From a virus (lineage: Duplodnaviria; Caudoviricetes): 31,354 bases of DNA. This document shows positions 17,224 through 27,012 of the stretch, in pieces. How positions within the stretch are numbered: the stretch's first letter is position 1; each line of letters starts with the position of its first letter. The position numbers and the translations under genes are program-made. The notes under the pieces were generated by a model. The model searched no databases and was not told the DNA's origin. It worked only from the letters and a program-made list of their open reading frames with translations. Where the stretch lies: IMG/VR virus record IMGVR_UViG_3300035633_000546, positions 1 through 31,354 of that record. One strand, written 5' to 3'.

Positions 17224-17507
17224 GAAGTGCAAATACATACTATATTGATACTCAGGGGGAAACACTAGATATTAAAAATATTAAAGTCCTTTATATTGTT
17301 ATTAATAGTACCGCTGCAAACGCCCAACTAGTATTACAAGATGTAACTACGGGGAATACTAAACTTAATTTAAGAGTAGATAGTGCCCATAAAACAGAGT
17401 ATTTTGATTTTGCAGACAATCCTATTGTTTTTCCAAACGGAATTAATCCCTCCGCCCTATCGGCTAATTGCACAGCCACGTTAGTTATTCAGGAGACTAG
17501 AACATAA
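17211..17507 (+). CDS. Small beta-rich virion protein
   Basis: 98 aa, PIVFPNGI motif typical of small jelly-roll phage proteins; coupled to adaptor gene. Confidence 0.6.
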   Translation: MANVRSANTYYIDTQGETLDIKNIKVLYIVINSTAANAQLVLQDVTTGNTKLNLRVDSAHKTEYFDFADNPIVFPNGINPSALSANCTATLVIQETRT

Positions 17508-18712
17508 TGGCTATTTATGAATTAAAGACTTTTGGAGATATTGTAAATGCTGTGATAGAGGAAGTAAAAATTCAAAGCACTGACACAGCTACAATTCAAC
17601 GAATTAAACGAAATATAAACATGATATATATGGACGAGATTTGTGCTAATACTAGGTGGAAGTGGTTGCGTCGTAGAGTGGATTTAACGCATTATCCGTA
17701 TGAGTTATATGAATGTTCTGTTACAAAAGGCTCTAGGGCTGTTACTTTAGCATCTGCACCCACAGATTCTAAAAAAGGCTATTTATTAAGCATAGATGAA
17801 CAAGTCTACGAGATTGCCCAACACGAGGCTGGTTCAACGTCTTTAGAGCTGGAGTCTACCTATGTTAAAGCGACGGCGTCAGACGCAAACTGTAAGATAT
17901 GGACAGACAAATTAGTATTGCCCGGAGATTGCAGGGAAACCTTTGAAGTTACAGCGGATACTTGGTTTCAGCCGTTAGAGAATGATGGTTATCAGAACTT
18001 CTTAAGACGTAGAATAAGACACCAAAAGTGGGAAGGTTCTCCCAGAATGTACACGACTTCTGATTGGGTTGACCCCGATGAGTATGAAGTAGTATCTGGT
18101 GCCCCTACGGTTACAAACAGGGCTTCTAGTGGACTGATTAAAACCTTGACATTAAGTGCCGACCCAACCAACTATTTTCAAGTTAATAACCGTATTGAAA
18201 TTTCAGGTGCGGATAACAGGCTTTATAATGGTAGATTCGTTATTTCTTCTATTGATGCTTCAAGTAATACAATTACATACACGGGCTCCATAGGTTTTGA
18301 TGAAACCACTACAGCCGATACCAACATTAATGTTAAAGTGCAAACGAATCCTGGTAGCTCAGAACGAGTTAGGGAAATGTTAATACATCCCTCAATTACC
18401 AATGATTATATTAATTTACATGTAGATTATATAAGATATCCAATTCCTCTAGAAAATGATGCAGATGAGCCTTTAATTCCGTTAGAAGATAGGATAGTAT
18501 TATTATATGGCTCGTTGAGTAGGGACTGGGTTAGAGAGCGAAATGAAACTACAGCTAATGCTAACTTCCAGAAATATCAAAAGAAACTAGCAGAAATGAA
18601 AGGCAAGCTAGACGACTCTACAGATACGGTAAAACTTCAAGCTAGTAAAACTTATTTAAGGGATAAGCGTCGGAAAGTTCGCTATCGCTATGATTGGGTA
18701 AGGTTTGATTAA
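17507..18712 (+). CDS. Tail adaptor (tail tubular protein A / P22 gp4-like) with inserted beta domains
   Basis: N-terminal helices ..WKWL, LPGDC, PLENDADEPLIP, C-terminal helix; upstream of nozzle; 401 aa. Confidence 0.7.
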   Translation: MAIYELKTFGDIVNAVIEEVKIQSTDTATIQRIKRNINMIYMDEICANTRWKWLRRRVDLTHYPYELYECSVTKGSRAVTLASAPTDSKKGYLLSIDEQVYEIAQHEAGSTSLELESTYVKATASDANCKIWTDKLVLPGDCRETFEVTADTWFQPLENDGYQNFLRRRIRHQKWEGSPRMYTTSDWVDPDEYEVVSGAPTVTNRASSGLIKTLTLSADPTNYFQVNNRIEISGADNRLYNGRFVISSIDASSNTITYTGSIGFDETTTADTNINVKVQTNPGSSERVREMLIHPSITNDYINLHVDYIRYPIPLENDADEPLIPLEDRIVLLYGSLSRDWVRERNETTANANFQKYQKKLAEMKGKLDDSTDTVKLQASKTYLRDKRRKVRYRYDWVRFD

Positions 18713-20313
18713 TGCCTAAAAGTACTACAGTTTTTAATGTATTCCCGTGGGTTGGTGGAATAAATACTTCTGTAGATAAGTCTGTGGTTGACCCACAAGA
18801 ATTAATAGCTGCTGATAATACAATATTTGATAGTCGCGGTGCAAAGAGAGTTCGTGAAGGTATTAATTTCAATTGGGATAATGTAACGGCATCAACCGAT
18901 GTTGTAAAAGTAGTAGGTATGCACCAATACTTTCAAGATCCTGTTACGTCACCTAAAAGTAGTTATTTATTGTCCATTACTGATGAGCAAAAGATTTACA
19001 CTAGAAATAATGGTGGAATAGCTACTGAATTAACTGTCGCAGGTACTCCATATTCTGATGCCATTACTAAAGCGTCATTTACTACTATAGCAAATAAGGC
19101 CGTTATATGTGTTGACGGATATGATAATACGGTAAAAGTATGGGATGGTAGCGGGGATGTTGAAGATTTAACAGATGCTCCTAGGGCCAGTATTTGTGGT
19201 ACACACCTGGGCAGACTGTGGCTAAATGATAAAACAAATAAAGATAGACTACACTACTGCCAAACTGGTGATATAACAAAGTGGAACGGGCAGGGAGATA
19301 GTGGGGCGATAGATATAGGCTTTAATGATAACGACCCAGATGGTATTACTGCAATATTTCCAACATTTAATGGAGATTTGTTTGTTGCTAAGAAGACTAA
19401 ATTATATAAAATTTCAGGGCTGTATCCTGAAACATTTAGAATAACTTTAGTTAGTTCTGGCATTGGGTGTATTAGTCATAATTCTGTGACAGCTGTGGAC
19501 CAAACAGATGTATTTTTTGTTTCCGAGCGAGGTGTTCATTCATTAGTAACAACCTCAAATTATGGTGATTTTGAAGCCAAATTTTTATCAGAAAAGATAC
19601 ATCCAAGCTTTATTAATGATTTTAATTATTCAAGATTAGAGTATACATCTGGGGCTTATATACCGGAACTCCAAAGTGTACTATTTACTTTTTCAGAAAA
19701 GGGATTTACTGGAGAAGGTATATATCAAAATTCAGCATGGCTATACAATATCCAACTGAATATATGGTACAGATGGCCAGATATTGTGTGCGAATCAGTC
19801 ACTATTGTACAAGATTCAGACAGGCGTAGACCTTACTTTGGCGGTGCAAATGATAAAATTGCTAAGGGTTTAACGGGTGATTTAAACGACATTTACCCGG
19901 ACGCCTTAGGTGATGACGAAGACGTAGCAATTAAATTTTTTATTCAAACAGGAATTATCTATATTGAAAATCCCTATATAGTCAAGGGCTTTAAAAAGTT
20001 TGTTTTATATTTTAGGCCAGAAAATACTCACAATGTAAGTGTAGCAATTAGAATTGACAATTATGATTATCAAGAATTACCTTTCTCTGAGCCGGTTGCC
20101 TCGGACTTACTGGACGTAGATTTCTTATTAGATTCATCTATTTTGGGGTCAGACCTAGTTTTAAGTCCTTATACCAAACCTATAGACGGTTATGGCAGGG
20201 GTATTCAAATTACAATATCACATGAAAATATTGATCAGTTTATTGAAATACAGGGTTTTGGGGTTGAATATGAAAAAGCTGGCACAGCCCAAGAAGTTAT
20301 AATAACGGAGTAA
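18712..20313 (+). CDS. Tail nozzle (tail tubular protein B / P22 gp10-like)
   Basis: GGINT start, HLGRLW, GIGCISHNS, FFVSERGV, KGFKK motifs of beta-propeller nozzle proteins. Confidence 0.85.
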   Translation: MPKSTTVFNVFPWVGGINTSVDKSVVDPQELIAADNTIFDSRGAKRVREGINFNWDNVTASTDVVKVVGMHQYFQDPVTSPKSSYLLSITDEQKIYTRNNGGIATELTVAGTPYSDAITKASFTTIANKAVICVDGYDNTVKVWDGSGDVEDLTDAPRASICGTHLGRLWLNDKTNKDRLHYCQTGDITKWNGQGDSGAIDIGFNDNDPDGITAIFPTFNGDLFVAKKTKLYKISGLYPETFRITLVSSGIGCISHNSVTAVDQTDVFFVSERGVHSLVTTSNYGDFEAKFLSEKIHPSFINDFNYSRLEYTSGAYIPELQSVLFTFSEKGFTGEGIYQNSAWLYNIQLNIWYRWPDIVCESVTIVQDSDRRRPYFGGANDKIAKGLTGDLNDIYPDALGDDEDVAIKFFIQTGIIYIENPYIVKGFKKFVLYFRPENTHNVSVAIRIDNYDYQELPFSEPVASDLLDVDFLLDSSILGSDLVLSPYTKPIDGYGRGIQITISHENIDQFIEIQGFGVEYEKAGTAQEVIITE

Positions 20314-20315
20314 TA

Positions 20316-21149
20316 ATGGGAATTCTTACAATTACTAAATTATATTCAAGTACTACGGTGCTCACGGAAGCCCAACTAGATGGCATAAAGAATTCACTAG
20401 AGAATTTTATTAATGGGCAAAATTTAAATGAAGACAACATTGAACCTAATAGTCTTACTACAGATAGCCTTTCTACCAGTGTTGTTAACTCCTTAGCTCC
20501 TACCGGATCAGTAGTACCTTATGCAGGAACTACAGCACCAACCGGATGGCTAATATGTGACGGCTCTGAATTTGATGCTACAACCTATTCTGCACTAGAT
20601 TTAGTATTAAATGGTGCCTTTGAAGACGGAGCTGAAGCTCCAGGTAATTCCAGATTACCCGATTTACAGGGAAGGGCCGTAGTAGGTAGGGAATCTGCAG
20701 CTACTAGAATTACTCAAGCATTACAAGATCCTGCTGGGGGAGCATCAGATAGTACAGTTATTGGCGCGGCTGGTGGTGAAGAAACTCATGTACTTACAGA
20801 AGCTGAGATGGATAATCATACTCACGGCTTTACAAGCACAACTCAGGTAGCTGATAATAATCATACACACGGCGCTGGAAGCCTTCGTGCCCTAATTGCA
20901 CCCAACGGGGCTAATATACATGGGCAATATAAGTCAATCCCTTCTTGGTCCTCAACATACGCTAGTGCCTTAGGGGGCGGGACTGTTAGTGATACTACCA
21001 GTTTTACTGCAGCCGCAGAGGTATCAGGTAATTCAGATACACCTAGCGCAGATACTACTATTTCTGGAATAACCGATTCTACCGGATCGGATAGTGCTCA
21101 TAATAACTTACAGCCATTACAGGTATTTAATTATATTATTAAAACGTAG
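20316..21149 (+). CDS. Tail collar domain short fibre 1
   Basis: PTGSVVPYAGTTAPTGWLICDG...LPDLQGR, GGEETHVLT.AEM..HTH, AHNNLQP...NYIIK. Confidence 0.9.
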   Translation: MGILTITKLYSSTTVLTEAQLDGIKNSLENFINGQNLNEDNIEPNSLTTDSLSTSVVNSLAPTGSVVPYAGTTAPTGWLICDGSEFDATTYSALDLVLNGAFEDGAEAPGNSRLPDLQGRAVVGRESAATRITQALQDPAGGASDSTVIGAAGGEETHVLTEAEMDNHTHGFTSTTQVADNNHTHGAGSLRALIAPNGANIHGQYKSIPSWSSTYASALGGGTVSDTTSFTAAAEVSGNSDTPSADTTISGITDSTGSDSAHNNLQPLQVFNYIIKT

Positions 21150-21164
21150 TTCATAGGAAGATTT

Positions 21165-22040
21165 ATGGGAACCCTTGTAGTTAACAAATTATATAGAGAC
21201 ACTAGGATACTCTTTGAATCAGACTTAGACAGTATGAATGCATCTATAGAAGACTTTATTAATAACCAAAATTTAGATGAACAAAATATTGAAGCAAATA
21301 GTATTACTGAGGCAAGTCTAGCCCCAAGTCTTGCCGATGCGTTATATCCTACGGGAGCAATAATAGCTTATGTAGGTTTACTGCCACCTACGGGTTGGTT
21401 AAATTGTGATGGGTCAGTATTCGATACTACAGCGTATCCCGAACTTGATGCAGTATTAAATGGCTCATTTGAAGATGGTACTGAGGTTGGAACACAATCC
21501 AGGCTTCCAGATTTAAGTGGGCGTCTAATCGTTGGTAAAGAAGCAGTCTCAAATCGCATACAGCAAGCATTACAAGACCCAGCTGGCGGTGGCTCAGATA
21601 GTACAGAAATAGGGGCCGCCGGGGGTAGTGAAGACCACACAATTACTGAGGCGGAATTAGACAGTCATACCCATAATTTTACAAGTACCACAAAAGGTAC
21701 TCCCAGTACTCACCAACACGTTGCTTTATCCACCTCATTTCATGCTAGATTTAGTTATAGTGGGCTAAATGGACAACCGGGCGGCGGTGGCGGTATTGAG
21801 CTATATGGTAGGTATAGAAGTGTATCCTCTTGGAATTCAACTCATAGAACTCAAGGCCCAATAGGTAATCCATCAGTGGTACCTGGATTTACTGTGGGAT
21901 TAGATGTAAATGGGGCCACGGATGGTGTTGGCGGGGGTGATATGACAACTGTGTCAGGAACGACCAATGGAATTGGAAGTAGCACAGCCCATAATAATTT
22001 ACAAGCGTTACAAGTATTAAATTATATTATTAAAGCATAA
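21165..22040 (+). CDS. Tail collar domain short fibre 2 (paralog)
   Basis: PTGAIIAYVG..PPTGWLNCDG...LPDLSGR, HTH, AHNNLQ...NYIIK. Confidence 0.9.
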   Translation: MGTLVVNKLYRDTRILFESDLDSMNASIEDFINNQNLDEQNIEANSITEASLAPSLADALYPTGAIIAYVGLLPPTGWLNCDGSVFDTTAYPELDAVLNGSFEDGTEVGTQSRLPDLSGRLIVGKEAVSNRIQQALQDPAGGGSDSTEIGAAGGSEDHTITEAELDSHTHNFTSTTKGTPSTHQHVALSTSFHARFSYSGLNGQPGGGGGIELYGRYRSVSSWNSTHRTQGPIGNPSVVPGFTVGLDVNGATDGVGGGDMTTVSGTTNGIGSSTAHNNLQALQVLNYIIKA

Positions 22041-22417
22041 TGATTAGAAGATATAAAAATGAGGATTATGGTACACTAAAAGAATGGTGGGTAGCCCAAA
22101 ATTGGCCCCCAGTACCAGAAGATAATTTACCACAAATGGGCTATGTTGTAGAAGATATTTGCGCTGGATTTTTATATCAGACTGATTCGAAATGCGCTAT
22201 TTTAGAATGGATAATTAGTAATCCTAATTCAGATTCTACCAAACGTGATAAGGCATTGGATTTATTAATTAAAACAATATTAGAGGAAACTCGTAATCTA
22301 GGATACCAGACAATACTATCTTGGATTAGTCATCCCAGACTTATGACAAGATTTTTAAAACATGACTTTAAACCCACAGAAACAGCAACTGTTTTTGTAA
22401 GGTTACTTGAAAAATAA
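22040..22417 (+). CDS. GNAT-fold protein (T7 gp13-like position)
   Basis: MIRRY..EDY start, ICAGFLY, LEWIISNP; between tail and ejection genes. Confidence 0.7.
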   Translation: MIRRYKNEDYGTLKEWWVAQNWPPVPEDNLPQMGYVVEDICAGFLYQTDSKCAILEWIISNPNSDSTKRDKALDLLIKTILEETRNLGYQTILSWISHPRLMTRFLKHDFKPTETATVFVRLLEK

Positions 22418-22434
22418 TTGTAAGGAGTAGATAA

Positions 22435-23373
22435 ATGCCAGCAGTATCGTCGCTAATAATGGGTGGTGGAGCGTTATTGGGCGCTGGAGGCGGAGTCCTA
22501 TCCGCTTTAGGTCAGGACCAGGTGTCGCAACAATTACCCTATGAAAAGCGCCTAGAGCTTGCCCCAGCGTCTGAGCTTGAGCAACAGGCCCAAGCAAGTT
22601 TAGGGCAACAATTAGGGGCATTTGGACGTTTTGTAGGAGCCGGTCCAGGACAACAAGATATTACTTCTGCCCTAACTGCGCAGCGTGGACTAGCACAACA
22701 ATTTGCACAGGCTGCACAAACTGGTGGATTACCCACGCAAGCCGATATAACAGCGGCTGGTGGGATTTCACAGCAATTATTTGCTCCCCAACAAATAGCC
22801 ATGCAACAACAATTTCTACAACAACAAGACCAATTTGGTAGACAGGCGGCTGCCTTAGGCCGTGCTACATCCGACCCAATTTTACAGGCAAAAATGCGAC
22901 GTGAACAATCTCAAGCATTTGAAAGACTTGGGGCACAGCAAGGTGCAACTGCCCAACAAATCGCAATGCAATTACCAGGACAACGGCTACAATACGCTCA
23001 GCAAGGTGCTGGTGTTCTCCAAGGATTAGCTACACAGGCTATGAAAAATAGATTAGCATTGGCAGGACTAGGTCAACAGATATCCGGTGCTGAAAGACAG
23101 TTTAGGCTAGGTACTGCTACTCAAAGTGGATTTAATACACAAATGATGCCCCAAACAAACACCCTTGGTGCAATCGGGGCAGGATTAAGCGGTGGATTAG
23201 CCGGAGCCGGTTTTGGTGCAAACATTGGTAGTATGTTTCCGGCAGCGCCGCCTATGAATCAAGCCCAGCAATTTGGAGTTCAAACTAGAGCATTGGGCGG
23301 CACAATGGCTGCTGGTGGACCAGCCAAATTTGGTGGATTCCAACAAATGGCCCCATATGGTACACTAGCATAG
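22435..23373 (+). CDS. DNA ejection (internal virion) protein 1
   Basis: Gly/Ala-rich hydrophobic ends with Gln/Ala-rich helical core; typical position. Confidence 0.7.
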   Translation: MPAVSSLIMGGGALLGAGGGVLSALGQDQVSQQLPYEKRLELAPASELEQQAQASLGQQLGAFGRFVGAGPGQQDITSALTAQRGLAQQFAQAAQTGGLPTQADITAAGGISQQLFAPQQIAMQQQFLQQQDQFGRQAAALGRATSDPILQAKMRREQSQAFERLGAQQGATAQQIAMQLPGQRLQYAQQGAGVLQGLATQAMKNRLALAGLGQQISGAERQFRLGTATQSGFNTQMMPQTNTLGAIGAGLSGGLAGAGFGANIGSMFPAAPPMNQAQQFGVQTRALGGTMAAGGPAKFGGFQQMAPYGTLA

Positions 23374-23382
23374 GAGAAAGTT

Positions 23383-24345
23383 ATGGCTCAACAATTACCT
23401 GGTGCATTTAATAACATGTTGAAATCAATGCAAATGTTTCAACAGGGTGTTCAAAGCCTAGTTGTATCTAGAGCACTAAATCAAGCTAACCAGCAAGTAC
23501 AAGACATTAGAGAGCAAGAGGGTGCAGAAGCCGAAAAGATGAATCAAATTAGGCAAGTAGCTCAAAACTTGACTATGAATCTACTTCAAACGGGTGCTCC
23601 TGTAGAACGCATTGAAGCCGCACAGAAAGCCCTAGTTCCACCAGAACCTGAAATTTCCCCGCTTGCGCGGTCTCTTCTTTTACAATCACGGTCACAAGCT
23701 TTTCAGGCAGAACAAGCAGGCAAACGCCAAAAATTACAGGAGCAATTTTTTGAAAGACGTGAGGCTAGGCAAACAAAAAAGGAAAAGACAGCTCAATTAA
23801 GAAAAATCCAGGGTGCTTTTGCTAAAGAAATCAGTGGCCTACGAAAAGGGCTAAGTAAAGTTAAAACCATGGGACAATTAATTGATATAGATAGTTTTAT
23901 GGCAACTTCTGCTGCGGGAATTTTAATGGCTCGGGGCTCTGGTGAAGTTGGTAACTTAGCTAAGGCGGAGCAAGAAATTTGGAAAGGGCGACAAGACTGG
24001 GCAAGGCAATTGCACAGATGGTGGAAAACAGGTACAATGGGTAAAATGACGGATGCAGACAAATCTGCATTAAAAGAAGTTATTAGAGCTTACCAAAAAA
24101 TGGGTGATAGGGAAATTGAGGACATTGCACAAACTTATACATCACAATTAACTTACGACCCCGCTTTTGTAGAAGATGACCCCAATCAACTTATTAAAGC
24201 GGTAACTGGTGGAAAGATTAAAACTTTTCGTCCAATAGGGACTGAATCACCTACAGAACAAGCGGGTAGTATGCAACAACCAGCTGGCGCTCCTGGTCTG
24301 GGTACACCTCAATCAACCCTAAATTTAGATGTTACATGGGAGTAA
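23383..24345 (+). CDS. DNA ejection (internal virion) protein 2
   Basis: Helical Q/E/K-rich 320 aa following ejection protein 1; AGGAG RBS. Confidence 0.65.
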   Translation: MAQQLPGAFNNMLKSMQMFQQGVQSLVVSRALNQANQQVQDIREQEGAEAEKMNQIRQVAQNLTMNLLQTGAPVERIEAAQKALVPPEPEISPLARSLLLQSRSQAFQAEQAGKRQKLQEQFFERREARQTKKEKTAQLRKIQGAFAKEISGLRKGLSKVKTMGQLIDIDSFMATSAAGILMARGSGEVGNLAKAEQEIWKGRQDWARQLHRWWKTGTMGKMTDADKSALKEVIRAYQKMGDREIEDIAQTYTSQLTYDPAFVEDDPNQLIKAVTGGKIKTFRPIGTESPTEQAGSMQQPAGAPGLGTPQSTLNLDVTWE

Positions 24346-24349
24346 TTTC

Positions 24350-26572
24350 ATGGCCAAGGAAAATGATCAAATAACCGCTGGAACAATGGAAGGGCTATTT
24401 AAGGGGGGTTTATCTGGGCGTCAGCTTAGACCTACAGTCCGCCTTTATAATAGTTTACCCACAGGTGAATTTGCGGGATTTGAAGAAGCTACGGGTAGGG
24501 CCATGTATAACATGCCAGACGGTAGAACCGCAAAGGTAAATGTAGCTTCCACCCTACAACAAAACAACTTAGACCCTGTAGAAACTAAGGTTATCTATAA
24601 TAGTTCTGATAAGGCCCTGAATCAAGCGGCACCATCGTTAACGGGTGCTGATAGATTAAAATTATCTGTAGGAAATACTCGTGGTAAAATAAAATATTTA
24701 AAAAATAAATTTGATGCCGTAGTACCAGATAAGGATTTGGGGTTAGTTGTACAAGAAGATGGTACGTGGTATCGAGTTGACCCCAATATATGGACAATGG
24801 ATAAATCCGACCCTTGGGAAGTTGCTAAAGAATTGGGTAGGGATATAGCCGACTTAGCAGATATTGGGATTAATATTGCAGCAACCGGTGGGGCTTATTT
24901 AGCGGGCGGTGCTCAAATGATGACTGGTGCTGGAATACCTACTGGGATTGCAACCTTAATGGCTGCCGGAGCCGCTGCTGGGGGTACCAGAGTAAGTCTC
25001 GGTAGATACGCCGGAACTTATGAAGCGCCTATTGAAGAACGACTTATGGACATTGGGTTAGAATCTGTTTTAACTGCCGGCGGTGAATTTATCGCGCCGG
25101 GTGCAAAAGTTGGTATTCAAAAGCTTTTAGGTAGCACCAATAATTTAAAAAATTCAGCCGCACGAGAAGTTATATCTACAACATATGGAACTCTAACAGG
25201 CGTTGGCTCGGGTGCGATGAATGAATTAATTGATAATGGTACCAAAGTTGCTGCCAAAATGAATTCTACAATTGGTAAAGTAGGAAAGGGTGCCGGTGCC
25301 AGGGCTGCTGTACTTGAAGCACACGAACAGGCTTTAAAACAAGCTGATGAATTACTCGACTTAGGTATTCAAGGATTGCCCAAGAAATATGGACAAGTTT
25401 TAAACGAAGTATTTACAGAGGCCGAAAAGCAGGCAATGGACATTAATATGAGTAATGTCGTTATGCAGTCAATGCTGGATATCGAAAAAAGTGGTGCTGG
25501 TAAAATATTAATTGAAACCCCCTTGGGTTTGAAATCAATAAGCGAATATGTAGAGCACGGCTTTAAAGCTCAAAAGCAAATGGGTGGACTACCTATGGGT
25601 AGTTCCGAACGTGAAATTTTAGAACGACAAATGTTTAGATTTAAGGCAGAAATTCGATCCGGTAAACGCGCATTAAAATATAAATTTCGTCCATTTACTG
25701 AAGCGGAGCGTACTGATTTACTCTTTAATAAGGGTGTAGATGCTAAAGTGTTAGGTAGGCAAGAATTAAAAATAATAAAAGATTTAGTATCCGGTATAGG
25801 ATCTTTTGGTCTGCATAAACGAGTAAGTGGTAAGAACGCGGCTCGCTTATTAACAGACTTTAATAAGCATTTAAACAGAATGACCACCCGAGCTTTTAAA
25901 GAACCCGGAGTTGGAGATGTTGTATCCAGAACAGTTGCTCAAGCACAGGCTGGTTCTAAGAATGCAATAGCTGGTGAATTTAAAAGGGTAAAGCTTGACC
26001 AAAAATATTTAGACATGCAAAAAATTTATGGACAGTATGAAGATGCTATAAAATTTGGGAGAAGCCTTAAGAAAAGCATGAATGGCTCCGAACAATTGGT
26101 GGACCGGCTTTTAAATGACCGAGTTAAAGGTCAGAGACAAATAGGGCTGGCTCAACAATTGGCCGAACTAGCTGGCAAACGTGGAAAACATCTTTATAAT
26201 GATATGATTACAAATGAAACCGCATCAAGGTTTCTATCATGGGCACCAAAAATGGGGCTTATGCAAAGTTTAGTGGCTGGTGGCGGAATGGCTAGCGCAC
26301 TTTCCGGAGTGATACATCCAGGTATGGCTTTGACTTTTTCACAATTTTCCCCTAGAGTAGTAGCAAATCAGGCTGCATTAGCTAGAGGCGCTGGACACTT
26401 TTTAGATTATTTAAAATCTTTAGGCCCAAAACAAATGTCAGAGCTTTTACAAAATCCTAAAGTTTTTAATAACTTATTTCGAACTACACTAATTGAATAC
26501 ACACAAGAACAAGATTTAGTTGATAAATTGGTTGGGCAAGCATCAGGAGCAATGAACCCAAATGTCCAATAA
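24350..26572 (+). CDS. Large DNA ejection (internal virion) protein 3
   Basis: ~740 aa with Gly/Ala hydrophobic segments; ATG at 24350 has GGGAG RBS (ORF track start 24329). Confidence 0.65.
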   Translation: MAKENDQITAGTMEGLFKGGLSGRQLRPTVRLYNSLPTGEFAGFEEATGRAMYNMPDGRTAKVNVASTLQQNNLDPVETKVIYNSSDKALNQAAPSLTGADRLKLSVGNTRGKIKYLKNKFDAVVPDKDLGLVVQEDGTWYRVDPNIWTMDKSDPWEVAKELGRDIADLADIGINIAATGGAYLAGGAQMMTGAGIPTGIATLMAAGAAAGGTRVSLGRYAGTYEAPIEERLMDIGLESVLTAGGEFIAPGAKVGIQKLLGSTNNLKNSAAREVISTTYGTLTGVGSGAMNELIDNGTKVAAKMNSTIGKVGKGAGARAAVLEAHEQALKQADELLDLGIQGLPKKYGQVLNEVFTEAEKQAMDINMSNVVMQSMLDIEKSGAGKILIETPLGLKSISEYVEHGFKAQKQMGGLPMGSSEREILERQMFRFKAEIRSGKRALKYKFRPFTEAERTDLLFNKGVDAKVLGRQELKIIKDLVSGIGSFGLHKRVSGKNAARLLTDFNKHLNRMTTRAFKEPGVGDVVSRTVAQAQAGSKNAIAGEFKRVKLDQKYLDMQKIYGQYEDAIKFGRSLKKSMNGSEQLVDRLLNDRVKGQRQIGLAQQLAELAGKRGKHLYNDMITNETASRFLSWAPKMGLMQSLVAGGGMASALSGVIHPGMALTFSQFSPRVVANQAALARGAGHFLDYLKSLGPKQMSELLQNPKVFNNLFRTTLIEYTQEQDLVDKLVGQASGAMNPNVQ

Positions 26573-26747
26573 TTTCATAAATGATAGCCTAGTCTGGGCA
26601 CTAAGTGAAGAAGCACGTCAAGAGCTTTATCGTCTAATAAATAGTGGAATCGACTTCGATTTAGCGTATGCTATACTAGAAGAAAGGTGGCCAGAAGAAG
26701 AGCTGTACAGCCTGCCACCTAAGGGGGACGGCGATGAAGCTGCGTGA
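26562..26747 (+). CDS. Small acidic hypothetical protein
   Basis: 61 aa overlapping both neighbours in operon fashion. Confidence 0.55.
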   Translation: MSNNFINDSLVWALSEEARQELYRLINSGIDFDLAYAILEERWPEEELYSLPPKGDGDEAA

Positions 26748-27012
26748 TTTTTTAGACAAGCAATCCAAAGATACTCAAGATATCAAAATACAAATTGTGG
26801 AAATTAAAAGTGACTTAAAACATCACATTAAACGCACTGATATGCTCGAAGATAGGCAAGATATTTTTAAAAAAACGCAGGATAGAATCCAAGAAGAAAT
26901 TAAACCCTTACGCACCCATGTAGCAGTAAGTTCTGCTTTAACAAAATGGATTCTGGCTGCAATAGCTGCCGGAGGATCAATTGCGGGAATCTACAAGATC
27001 TTTCTTAGTTAA
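26734..27012 (+). CDS. Coiled-coil protein with C-terminal TM (holin/XhlA-like)
   Basis: Coiled coil then WILAAIAAGGSIAGIYKIF; end of structural operon. Confidence 0.6.
   Translation: MKLRDFLDKQSKDTQDIKIQIVEIKSDLKHHIKRTDMLEDRQDIFKKTQDRIQEEIKPLRTHVAVSSALTKWILAAIAAGGSIAGIYKIFLS

Noticed and set aside
20316-22040. Possible DGR template/variable repeat pair or shufflon between the two collar genes
   Set aside because: Differences are spread over synonymous sites of all bases rather than adenine-specific; both copies are full genes in direct orientation; no reverse transcriptase or inverted crossover sites seen
1301-25887. Many minus-strand and nested ORFs in the track (e.g. 1542..1850, 3025..3327, 3718..4047, 7808..8128, 13131..13466, 22539..22802, 25570..25887)
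   Set aside because: Shadows of well-supported + strand genes, with no recognisable motifs
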